A DNA stretch of 64,000 nucleotides from an uncultured Bifidobacteriaceae bacterium (GCA_964640655.1 CAZXFT010000006.1:73686-137685); one strand, 5' to 3'; shown: positions 10,256-18,939, counted from the first letter of the stretch. Notes: generated by a model from the sequence alone, not told the origin. Numbers and translations are program-made.

Positions 10256-10948
10256 TTATTGAAAATGGTTTTCTTGATTGGTGACTAATTGTTTGTGAAT
10301 CTGAATTGCACGGAATGAATATCTAATGCCAACAAGCAAAGAAGCAAATGCACCAAATAAGATAAGCGTATTGTTGCTAATCATTAAAAAGTAATCATAT
10401 GAACCATGAAAAAATATTGCCGCAGCTAATCCTATCAACTTATACGATTTAGGATAACTACGCATTGCAGCTAAACCATAAAAATGCCCCATCAGTACTG
10501 CGAAAGTTGCATGAGCTGGAATAGCAGTAAACATGCGCATAATAGCCACATTTAATCCTCCCTGCATAACATAGAAAATGTTTTCAAGAGTAGCAAAACC
10601 CATAGAAATAAAAACACTGTATACAATTCCATCAAATGGCTCATCGAATGACTTTTGCCGCGTAGAATATCTATCAAGAACAAAATACTTTACAAACTCT
10701 TCTATAAAACCTATAATTAAAAAAGATTCAATAGCCGTTCTTAAATAAAGATTATTGATCCCTAAAATTGAAACGTCCAGCATATTCTCAATAAAAGCAG
10801 CTGGAAAGACAGTACATGCACCCAACAGGAAGCTGTAAAAAAGTACAGAGCGTGGCTCACCACGATAGGCATCCTTCACATAGATGTATAAACATATGAC
10901 AACTGCAGGCCCTAATGTGATAGCAGCAAGTATCAGATATTGTAACAT
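10256..10948 (-). CDS. PrsW-family intramembrane metalloprotease
   Basis: Polytopic membrane protein with the PrsW signature motifs EEFVK, FATLEN and HGSYD. The start is set at ATG 10948 (MLQYLILAAITLG). The longer track ORF (to 11053) would run through a terminator hairpin and overlap the sigma gene. Confidence 0.8.
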   Translation of the reverse strand: MLQYLILAAITLGPAVVICLYIYVKDAYRGEPRSVLFYSFLLGACTVFPAAFIENMLDVSILGINNLYLRTAIESFLIIGFIEEFVKYFVLDRYSTRQKSFDEPFDGIVYSVFISMGFATLENIFYVMQGGLNVAIMRMFTAIPAHATFAVLMGHFYGLAAMRSYPKSYKLIGLAAAIFFHGSYDYFLMISNNTLILFGAFASLLVGIRYSFRAIQIHKQLVTNQENHFQ

Positions 10949-10961
10949 ATTCGGTGAAAAT

Positions 10962-10990
10962 AAAAAAACCCGGATAAGTACCGGGTTTTT
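10962..10990 (-). terminator. intrinsic-terminator-like hairpin between the sigma gene and the PrsW-like gene
   Basis: Minus-strand transcript: AAAAA-CCCGG-UACUUAU-CCGGG-UUUUUUU. It begins 22 nt after the sigma stop, and its U-run ends 13 nt before the PrsW ATG. Confidence 0.55.
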
Positions 10991-11012
10991 ATGATGCTGG
11001 ATGTAATTTTGA

Positions 11013-11522
11013 TTAATAACGAACAATTCTTTTTTGCAACTCTTTGCGTGCAAAAAATATTCGGCTTTTTACTGTTCCTAGTGGCAGGTCTAATTCGTCG
11101 GCTATCTCCTGATACTTGAATCCTTTATAATGCATCATAAAAGGAACGCTGAAATCTTTACTGATTGAGTCCATAGCGCGTTCAATTTCCTGCATCACCA
11201 TGTTGCTCTCACCTGAATTTTTTAAAACCGGTGAGTAAGACACCAATAATTGTTGCCCCTCTGTGTTGTCTGCAACTACTACCCTTTTAGAGGCACGACG
11301 ATAGTTGTTGATAAAAATGTTTCTCATAATAGTAAACAACCATGCTTTGAGATTGGTCCCTTCTGAGAATTTGTCTTTGTATAGTAATGAACGGTAAACC
11401 GTTTCCTGAATCAGGTCACGTGCATCGTCTGAATTTTTAGTAAGGTTATAGGCAAACGGATAAAGAGTTTCGCTGTGATTAACAACTTCTTCTTCGAATT
11501 TGATAGGGAGTGTAGCAGACAT
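11013..11522 (-). CDS. ECF-type RNA polymerase sigma-70 family factor
   Basis: 169 aa. Region 2 reads DLIQETVYRSLLYKDKF..NLKAWLFTIMRNIFINNYRR. Region 4 reads YQEIADELDLPLGTVKSRIFFARKEL. The start is set at ATG 11522 (MSATLPIKF). The upstream extension in the track uses TTG in low-complexity AT-rich sequence. Confidence 0.85.
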   Translation of the reverse strand: MSATLPIKFEEEVVNHSETLYPFAYNLTKNSDDARDLIQETVYRSLLYKDKFSEGTNLKAWLFTIMRNIFINNYRRASKRVVVADNTEGQQLLVSYSPVLKNSGESNMVMQEIERAMDSISKDFSVPFMMHYKGFKYQEIADELDLPLGTVKSRIFFARKELQKRIVRY

Positions 11523-11565
11523 TTTGTTTAACAGTTTTTTGTTTTCGTTCAACAAAAGTAATAAT

Positions 11566-11577
11566 TTGTTTAAACAA
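11566..11577. promoter_or_regulatory. perfect 12-bp palindrome TTGTTTAAACAA upstream of the sigma gene (candidate operator)
   Basis: The palindrome lies 44-55 nt upstream of the sigma ATG. AAACAAA recurs three times in the same leader. It is an AT-rich context, so chance occurrence is possible. Confidence 0.25.
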
Positions 11578-11728
11578 AACAAGTTTTTATTAAACATTTT
11601 TTTCAGCAAAAGAATAATAAATTCGGAATAGAACTATAAAAGTCAACAGAAACGGCTATTTAGGGCCATTAGGGGGCATTAAATTTTGTTGAAAATAATC
11701 TTTATTCTATTAAACAGAACAAGGAAAA

Positions 11729-12622
11729 TCAGTTCTGACTCATCTTTAGGTCTATTGAACTGACTATTTCTGATAGTTCATTGAAAGTGACAATATTATT
11801 TGAAGACTTGATATTATTCTTTGAAATCTGGTAACCGGACAAACAACACTGTACATTATTCAACTTGGTTTGAAGTATTTCGATATGTGCATATATACTC
11901 TCGTCATCCGGTGTTGCAGTGAATACACTGTAAAGTTGATCTGGTTTATAATATTCAACTATACTTAGTAAGTCGTTGAGAGGAACCGATTGTCCTAAGT
12001 ATATAACCTGATATCCTCTTGACTTAAGGGAATAGTACAAAAACAATAAAGGTATTTCGTGCAGCTCATTTTCTGGTAAATAAAGGACTGCTTTAAGAGA
12101 TGTACCTGAATTAGAAGGCATCAATCCGTCTATGGCGACAATCATCTTCTGACGGATAAGATTTGAAATAAAATGTTCCTGAGCAGGTGTGATGGTACCA
12201 ACTTGCCACATAATACCTATACGACGAAGAAATGGTAGAACTATTTGTATCATAGCCTTTTCAAAGCCGTGATGAAGGATGGCGTTAGAAAAAGTTTTAT
12301 CAAAGCGCGACTCATTCAACTCGTTCATAGAGAGTATGAGAGCATCAATCAGTGTATCTCTGCCGGTATTTTGATTGAGTAATTCTGAAACTGCATGTTC
12401 TATTTCAGATTGAGACATTTCAGCGATATTAGAGATTTTGTACCCCGACTTATTGAGTAATGATACATTCAGTATCAACCGCAATTCATTATCACTGTAT
12501 TCGCGAATATTCCCTTCGCTGCGCTTTGGGTTTATCAACCCATAGCGCTGCTCCCATATACGAAGCGTGTGGGCTTTAATGCCGGAGAGATGCTCTAAAT
12601 CTTTGATACTGTACGTACTCAT
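11729..12622 (-). CDS. MerR-family transcriptional regulator with B12-binding domain (CarH/LitR-like photoreceptor candidate)
   Basis: MerR HTH YSIKDLEHLSGIKAHTLRIWEQRYGL. W-x9-E-H signature WQVGTITPAQEH. Rossmann-like C-terminus with an E-x-H loop (ENELHEIP). Confidence 0.8.
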   Translation of the reverse strand: MSTYSIKDLEHLSGIKAHTLRIWEQRYGLINPKRSEGNIREYSDNELRLILNVSLLNKSGYKISNIAEMSQSEIEHAVSELLNQNTGRDTLIDALILSMNELNESRFDKTFSNAILHHGFEKAMIQIVLPFLRRIGIMWQVGTITPAQEHFISNLIRQKMIVAIDGLMPSNSGTSLKAVLYLPENELHEIPLLFLYYSLKSRGYQVIYLGQSVPLNDLLSIVEYYKPDQLYSVFTATPDDESIYAHIEILQTKLNNVQCCLSGYQISKNNIKSSNNIVTFNELSEIVSSIDLKMSQN

Positions 12623-12687
12623 ACAAGTGGCTCTAACACCAAAGAAAGCATAATGTTTAAAATATACTAAAATATTTTTGAACGCAT

Positions 12688-13326
12688 CTAAATCAAATTG
12701 GCCAGTATAAAGAAGGCCAACTGTATTACAAATATATATGGTGCGAAATCGTTACGCAGCTTAGATTTTGATGCTAAAAGAGATAGGACAAAAATGTAGG
12801 ACAAGCCAAACCATACTGCATAATTTTTTAGCGGCACTTTATTATCAGCCCATGACCACATTCCTGTTCTGATAGCAACCGGTTCAATTAAAACATCAAG
12901 TGCTACCAGCATTATAGCAGCAAGCAAGGCATTACCAAAGGCTCCAAATTTTAAATTCTTGACCAGCGAAGTTGTGCTATAAACCAATATCAACCAGTTA
13001 ATACCAATGACTAATGGAGTGTTAAATGCTTTCAAACCCAGGGCTCTGCCATATTTGTATTCACCAAAGATTTGTCCGGTGTTAACACCAACAGCCTCAA
13101 CAACAAATGAGACAACATAGATACCGGACAGGAATGCAATTATTCGAAAGTTCCAATGCTTTTGATAGAAAAGCATAGTGCCAAACACGATTAATAAATG
13201 AAAAGGAGCCAGTCTCTGAAATATGTCTTGCAGACCGCTGTATCTCAAACAAATCAAACCAACAACATGCAGAACCGATAAAAAAATTAAGGGTTTGGTA
13301 AAGTTGGCAGATTTCTTATCGCTCAT
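12688..13326 (-). CDS. polytopic membrane protein, DUF422-like / carotenoid-biosynthesis-protein-like
   Basis: 212 aa with about 7 hydrophobic helices. Its position directly upstream of the crt regulator matches the family usually annotated 'carotenoid biosynthesis protein'. The assignment rests on architecture and context only. Confidence 0.5.
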   Translation of the reverse strand: MSDKKSANFTKPLIFLSVLHVVGLICLRYSGLQDIFQRLAPFHLLIVFGTMLFYQKHWNFRIIAFLSGIYVVSFVVEAVGVNTGQIFGEYKYGRALGLKAFNTPLVIGINWLILVYSTTSLVKNLKFGAFGNALLAAIMLVALDVLIEPVAIRTGMWSWADNKVPLKNYAVWFGLSYIFVLSLLASKSKLRNDFAPYIFVIQLAFFILANLI

Positions 13327-13368
13327 AGATGATATCGCTTCAGCAAAATAAAAGCAAAGACTTCAGTA

Positions 13369-14652
13369 TTATCGGGAAAGCAATGAAAAAAATGTTTGTG
13401 CTTTAAGTAGACATTCTTCATACTCCATTTCTGGAATCGAATCGTAGGTAATAGCGCTGCCTGTATGATAGGATGCGTAGCGTGTTTGAGCATTATAAAG
13501 CAATGTTCTTATGATTACATTAAAATCAAAATCTCCATCAGGATTGATATAACCGAGGCAGCCCGAATACACATTTCGTTTGGTGTCTTCCAATTGTTCA
13601 ATGCGTTTCATCACTTCTATCTTAGGTGCACCTGTCATAGAACCCATTGGAAAAGTAAGTCTAAGTGCATCTATGGGATGCACATCCTGTCTGAGTTCAG
13701 ATGTAATGGTCGAAATCATTTGATGAACGTTCGAATATGAATAAACCTGACATAGTTCTCTGACACTCACACTACCTGTTTCAGATGAACGAGTCAGATC
13801 ATTGCGAACCAGGTCAACAATCATTACATTCTCGGCACGCTCTTTTTCATTGATCTGTAATTTTAGTTTATTCTCTTCGTCTTGAGAAGAATTGACTAAA
13901 TCTCTTGCTGCTGTGCCTTTGATGGGTTGAGAGATTAATGTGTTTCCGGCCTTCTTTAAAAATCTCTCAGGACTACAGCATACCACGTAACAATCAACTA
14001 CTTTTAAAAACGATCCAAAAGGCATCATCGAGACTTTATTCATTTTTTGATAAAGTGTAAATGGATCTGCTATAAAATCTTCTGCATAGAATTCCTGGCA
14101 ATAATTCAACTCATAATAATTACCGTCCACTATATCTTGTTTGATTTGATTAACACTGTTAAGGTATTTCTCTTTTGGTGTTCTGTTTGAAATGTTGGTC
14201 AGAGAAACAGAATATTTCCTTGAGTAATCTGAAGCTAAATTCAATTGGGAATAAATAACTTCGGGAAATTCAGCATCGGATTCAATGATCAATTCATTGC
14301 GTGACTGACGAATAAGTATTATGGGATTAAAGAAGAAGATTTCCGGGAATGAAGTATGTTCTTCATTGCCCGATTGAATATTTATAGTTTCATTCTTCAC
14401 ATCATAACCAATATACCCCAGCAGCCAATTTTTCTTATTGAACAAAGATTTCAATTGATTCCAACATGAGCCGTCTGAGAAAGGAATGCACTCAGCACCT
14501 GTAGCTAGCAAGATTTCAAACGACGAGAATTCATCATTCAAATAATTGTTAGAATCAAGAATGATCAGGTATGGGTTACTACTATAGAGGGAATAAAAAT
14601 GATATCGAAGCCTGTCAACTTCGAGCGGAGCAAAAACACCGCGATGTTTCAA
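13369..14652 (-). CDS. pabB: aminodeoxychorismate synthase component I (chorismate-binding enzyme)
   Basis: C-terminal chorismate-binding motifs SPERFL, PKGTAAR, ENVMIVDLVRND, FPMGSMTGAPK and GCLGYI. The short N-terminal half is typical of PabB. TTG start. Confidence 0.75.
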   Translation of the reverse strand: MKHRGVFAPLEVDRLRYHFYSLYSSNPYLIILDSNNYLNDEFSSFEILLATGAECIPFSDGSCWNQLKSLFNKKNWLLGYIGYDVKNETINIQSGNEEHTSFPEIFFFNPIILIRQSRNELIIESDAEFPEVIYSQLNLASDYSRKYSVSLTNISNRTPKEKYLNSVNQIKQDIVDGNYYELNYCQEFYAEDFIADPFTLYQKMNKVSMMPFGSFLKVVDCYVVCCSPERFLKKAGNTLISQPIKGTAARDLVNSSQDEENKLKLQINEKERAENVMIVDLVRNDLTRSSETGSVSVRELCQVYSYSNVHQMISTITSELRQDVHPIDALRLTFPMGSMTGAPKIEVMKRIEQLEDTKRNVYSGCLGYINPDGDFDFNVIIRTLLYNAQTRYASYHTGSAITYDSIPEMEYEECLLKAQTFFSLLSR

Positions 14653-14682
14653 TTGTATAAGTGGTTGATAGAATTGACCTGA

Positions 14683-14895
14683 TTAATAATCATCATCGTC
14701 GTCATCGTTATAGCCTTTTATGGCATCTAACTTAAAGTCGTTGTCGAAGTTAAATTCTTCAAAGTCTTCGTCAATTAATGAATCATCATCGTCGTCTCCT
14801 TTCTTGCGAGATGATTTTTTAGGACTTGCTTTTTGCGGAGCAGCCTTTTTGGCCGCTTTTGCGGCGGCTTTCTTGCCGGGTTTATTGGTTTTCAT
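14683..14895 (-). CDS. small block-polyampholyte protein (histone-H1-like basic head, poly-Asp aromatic tail)
   Basis: 70-aa ORF with an ATG start. Residues 1-33 carry 13 Lys/Arg (KKAAAKAAKKAAPQKASPKK). Residues 34-70 carry 19 Asp/Glu with interspersed Phe/Tyr and end in DDDDDDY. Confidence 0.55.
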   Translation of the reverse strand: MKTNKPGKKAAAKAAKKAAPQKASPKKSSRKKGDDDDDSLIDEDFEEFNFDNDFKLDAIKGYNDDDDDDY

Positions 14896-14955
14896 GTAGA
14901 TGTGTTTCGATGCGGGAGTAAATTTTCTCAGGAACTTTTACAATATCAATATTTC

Positions 14956-16233
14956 TTAAGAAAAAATTTTCAGATTTTCCATGTCAATCAATTGTTCACG
15001 CTCTGGTCCTATAGAAAGTAAAGCTACCTTAACATTGGTTTTAGCCTCAATATATTTTAAGTATTTGAGCAAAGCATCAGGCATGTGTGTGGTATTAAGT
15101 TCTTTTCCAGCCCACCCTTCAACCCTCTCATAGAGTGGTTCTACCGGTGTGTTGCACAAATCATATGGCACTTCGTTAGTTTTGAAACCATCAATCTTGT
15201 ATTGAGTGCATACTTCAATTTGTTTAAAAATTGAAAGAACATCTGCTTTTGTAATAATCAATTTGGTGGTGCCGCTCAACATAATGGTATAGTATAATAC
15301 CGGAAGGTCTAACCAGCCGCAACGGCGCGGACGACCTGTGGTTGCGCCAAACTCTGCACCTTCTTTTCTGATCAGCTCCCCTGTTTCGTCGTGTAACTCT
15401 GTTGGAAAAGGCCCACTACCTACCCTTGTACAATATGCTTTGGATATACCAAACACATCTCGGATGTGAGTGGGTGCAATGCCAAGACCTGTGCAAGCTG
15501 CAGCAGCCATAGTATTGGAAGATGTAACAAAAGGATAAGTACCAAAATCGATATCGAGCATAGAGCCTTGGGCTCCTTCCGCTAATACATGTTCTCCTTT
15601 GCGAAGCAATTCATTTACATAATACTCGCCATTAACCAGATTTTGAGTACGCAGATGTTCAATACCTGCAAACCATTGCTGTTCCAATTCTTCGAGGTTG
15701 AACGAAAAATGATATTGCTCGAGTAACCTGAGGTGCTTTTCTTTAAGTGCAGAGTATTTTTTCATAAACTCAGCGCTTTCAATATCACCTACCCTCAATC
15801 CGTTACGTCCTGTCTTATCCATATAAGCAGGACCAATTCCTTTTAAAGTAGAACCAATTTTATCGGCACCCTTTGACGCTTCAGATGCTGCATCCAGCAT
15901 TCTGTGTGTTGGTAGAATGAGGTGTGCTTTACGAGCAATAAATAAACTCTTCTTCAGTTGGTTTCCCAGAGATTCCAGCTTAGTCATTTCCACTGATAAG
16001 GTGATTGGGTCTATCACCACTCCGTTGCCTATAAGGTTTAGCATGCCCTCATTAAATATTCCTGAAGGCACTGTGTGCAATACAAATTTCTGTCCGTTTA
16101 TTTTCAAAGTATGACCTGCATTGGGTCCACCCTGAAAACGTGCAATCATAGAATAACGTGGAGCGAGGTAATCAACTATCTTACCTTTTCCTTCATCTCC
16201 CCATTGCAAACCAATCAATACATCTACTGCCAT
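14956..16233 (-). CDS. purA: adenylosuccinate synthase
   Basis: GLQWGDEGKGKIVD P-loop, GTTGRPRRCGW, 425 aa. Confidence 0.95.
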   Translation of the reverse strand: MAVDVLIGLQWGDEGKGKIVDYLAPRYSMIARFQGGPNAGHTLKINGQKFVLHTVPSGIFNEGMLNLIGNGVVIDPITLSVEMTKLESLGNQLKKSLFIARKAHLILPTHRMLDAASEASKGADKIGSTLKGIGPAYMDKTGRNGLRVGDIESAEFMKKYSALKEKHLRLLEQYHFSFNLEELEQQWFAGIEHLRTQNLVNGEYYVNELLRKGEHVLAEGAQGSMLDIDFGTYPFVTSSNTMAAAACTGLGIAPTHIRDVFGISKAYCTRVGSGPFPTELHDETGELIRKEGAEFGATTGRPRRCGWLDLPVLYYTIMLSGTTKLIITKADVLSIFKQIEVCTQYKIDGFKTNEVPYDLCNTPVEPLYERVEGWAGKELNTTHMPDALLKYLKYIEAKTNVKVALLSIGPEREQLIDMENLKIFS

Positions 16234-16297
16234 TGTTCTTTATTAAGCAGTAATATTAGCATGAAACTTTTTAGACTTGCACGACTTTTATAAACCG

Positions 16298-16645
16298 CTA
16301 ATGATGATGACCCTGCTTCTGGCAACAAGCAGGTAATTTATGATACGCGTCATGATCAGCTTTAATATTATCAGCATCATAACCCAATTTTGAAATTGTC
16401 TGGCTGATGGCATCGGCACTTGACTTAGTATTGTTAAAAACAACTGTTATTTCGGCTGTTTTTACATCCAAGACAGCAGACTTAACACCTGCTATAGCCA
16501 GCACAGCATCTTCAATACGTTTCTTACACATGTCGCATTGTGCAGAAGTTATAATGATGATGGTTTCTTTTTTCTTTTGGGCAAATGCATGCTCTCCTAT
16601 TGTAAAAATGACAAGAAGAGCGAGTAATAGATTTTTTGTTTTCAT
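16298..16645 (-). CDS. secreted heavy-metal-associated (HMA) domain protein
   Basis: Signal peptide, then an HMA fold with the CxxC metal site (SAQCDMCKKRIE). The C-terminal tail is PACCQKQGHHH. Confidence 0.8.
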   Translation of the reverse strand: MKTKNLLLALLVIFTIGEHAFAQKKKETIIIITSAQCDMCKKRIEDAVLAIAGVKSAVLDVKTAEITVVFNNTKSSADAISQTISKLGYDADNIKADHDAYHKLPACCQKQGHHH

Positions 16646-16668
16646 GATTTTTTATTGATTGGTTAAAG

Positions 16669-18879
16669 TTATTTAAAAGAGTATCGAATTCCGGTGTAAA
16701 CTATTCTGCCCATTATTGGACCCCAGATCATGGCTGCGTCAAAGCCGTTATCGAATGGAGCATAAGGATTGATGATGGGGTTATTTTGTGTAAAGGCATT
16801 CAGATTTTCGCCACCCACATACCATTCCAGGTTTTTCAACTGATATGTTACCTGCGAAAGTACCCTGAAGTATGATGGTGAGTATTGCCTGTAATTCTCT
16901 CCGGTATAATTCAAATTAGATGCTATGCGTTGCTCTCCTACCCACTGCACTGTGGCATCAATCTTCAGCTTTTTCTTAAACAAAGAATACGCAGCATTGA
17001 ACATTCCGCGCCATTGAGGTGTGAATGGACGTTGTAACAATTCATTATGATAGGTAACCTGAACCTGATTCCATTTTATTGCGCTAAGTAAATTCAGATT
17101 CTTAACGGGCTCGTATTGAACCTGAGCCTGTATACTGTTGGCATAAGAAACTCCTGATAAATTATAGAACCACAGTTGAGAATATGATTTATCAATATCC
17201 ACTACAATCTGATTCAGGAACTGCGTCCTGTATGCATCAACCGAAACCTGTAATTCACGTTCATTGACATCAAAGTTCTGAGTGTAGTTGATGCCGTAGT
17301 TGAGTGCATATTCCGGTTGCAAAATTCCATCAATAATTATCTCGCGTGAGGACACCAGATAATTCAGATTTTCCTGAATAATGTTGGCAACACGCCAGCC
17401 GTATCCTGCTGATGCACGAATAAAAGCTTCCTTGCCGAGTTTGTATCTCAGATGTATACGTGGTGCGGCATATATTCTTTGATTGTTATTGTAATAGTCA
17501 GCACGCAAGCCGGCAATGATTGAAAATTTATCGCCATTATCGTATGTCCATTCTGCAAATAATCCGGGAATAACATCGGTTCGTGAAAGATTGATGCTGT
17601 CAATGTTTTGTGTGTAACTGCTATACATCAATCCACCACCGAAACGATAGATAATTTTCTCATTGCGTGGTAACAGCTGAAAGTTTGAATTCAGATATAG
17701 TGTTTGTTCATTGGCATTATAAATTCTATTACCAATTTGAGTTTGCTGTTCATGATTTGCCAGGTTAATCTGCAAGCCTAACTCATTATTCTCATTGTGG
17801 AATAACTCCATGCATGTTTTGGCAAAAACTTCTTCACGATGGTATCGTGTACGAAACAGATACTTCTGAAAAACAGCACCGTCCGGCAAATGATGTACGT
17901 GCTTCAAAGTATTAAATGACTGTGCATCATCATAGTGAAATTTGAAACCAATATTCGTTTCCTTACCATGATTGCTGATGTGCTGCCAGCGATGAATTCC
18001 GGTGAATACATTGTAAACCGGATTATCCAGAAAACTATCTTTGTTAAAATCCATTTGTAATTGTGCCGAACTGCCATGCAGCATGGTCAGTGCTTTCCAT
18101 TTTTTAAAATTATTCCTGAAATAAGTATTTAGTTCTAAGCGCTGCTGTGAATTGGCATAAAGATTCAACATAAACTTATCGGCATCGTATGGTTTGATAA
18201 GTTCCACATCAATCTGACCGGTAATGCCTTCGTAGCTGTTTGCTACCGAGCCGGGACCTTTGCGTATGTATATGTTGTGAATAAATGGACCGGGCATTGC
18301 AGTTAATCCAGTAATAATATTCAATCCTCTTAAATCAGGAATCATATCCGTAAGCATTTGAACATAAATACCTGAAAGACCAAGCATTTGAATTTGTCTT
18401 TGACCGGTAACCGCATCAGCACTGCTGCCGTCAATTGTTGGATTACTTTCAAAACTCTCTGCCAGATTGCAACAGGCGTTTTTCTTTAAACCTTCAGAAG
18501 TAATCACTTCAGTCTTAAGAGTTTGAATGCTTGATATGTAAGACTCGTCGAGCTTACCTGTAATAATGACACCACTGAGTTGTGTGATATCCTGTAAGGT
18601 GATGTTGAGGTTATCGGGTACCAGAAATATGGTATCAGTTTTATATCCCGGATATGAACAGATAACGATGTCGTATTCCTCCGGCAGTTGAATAGAATAA
18701 AATCCGGTACTGTCGCTGTAAGTAAAAAATTTATTGTCTGCGGTATGGATTGATGCAAGATACAGTTTGTTGAGTTGCTGACCACTACTGCCTTGCACTA
18801 CACCGGAGTATGTTGTTTGAGCATAGCTAAATGCGATGCTCCAAGTAATTATTGTGGTAAAAATTGAAATGAATTTCAT
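16669..18879 (-). CDS. TonB-dependent receptor with N-terminal carboxypeptidase-regulatory-like domain
   Basis: Signal peptide, a CarboxypepD_reg-like beta-sandwich (YSGVVQG..GFYSIQLP) and a plug. The 736-aa barrel ends in GIRYSFK. The plug carries a vicinal Cys pair (KKNACCNLAESF). Confidence 0.85.
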   Translation of the reverse strand: MKFISIFTTIITWSIAFSYAQTTYSGVVQGSSGQQLNKLYLASIHTADNKFFTYSDSTGFYSIQLPEEYDIVICSYPGYKTDTIFLVPDNLNITLQDITQLSGVIITGKLDESYISSIQTLKTEVITSEGLKKNACCNLAESFESNPTIDGSSADAVTGQRQIQMLGLSGIYVQMLTDMIPDLRGLNIITGLTAMPGPFIHNIYIRKGPGSVANSYEGITGQIDVELIKPYDADKFMLNLYANSQQRLELNTYFRNNFKKWKALTMLHGSSAQLQMDFNKDSFLDNPVYNVFTGIHRWQHISNHGKETNIGFKFHYDDAQSFNTLKHVHHLPDGAVFQKYLFRTRYHREEVFAKTCMELFHNENNELGLQINLANHEQQTQIGNRIYNANEQTLYLNSNFQLLPRNEKIIYRFGGGLMYSSYTQNIDSINLSRTDVIPGLFAEWTYDNGDKFSIIAGLRADYYNNNQRIYAAPRIHLRYKLGKEAFIRASAGYGWRVANIIQENLNYLVSSREIIIDGILQPEYALNYGINYTQNFDVNERELQVSVDAYRTQFLNQIVVDIDKSYSQLWFYNLSGVSYANSIQAQVQYEPVKNLNLLSAIKWNQVQVTYHNELLQRPFTPQWRGMFNAAYSLFKKKLKIDATVQWVGEQRIASNLNYTGENYRQYSPSYFRVLSQVTYQLKNLEWYVGGENLNAFTQNNPIINPYAPFDNGFDAAMIWGPIMGRIVYTGIRYSFK

Positions 18880-18939
18880 CAGAAATGATTTTTAGTAATG
18901 AATGAAATGAAAGCGGAATAATTATCACGCATCAATTCA

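Noticed and set aside
18504-18785. 93-aa same-strand ORF nested in the TonB-dependent receptor gene.
   Set aside because: It is out of frame within a gene that has a continuous TBDR domain organisation, and it has no independent signals.
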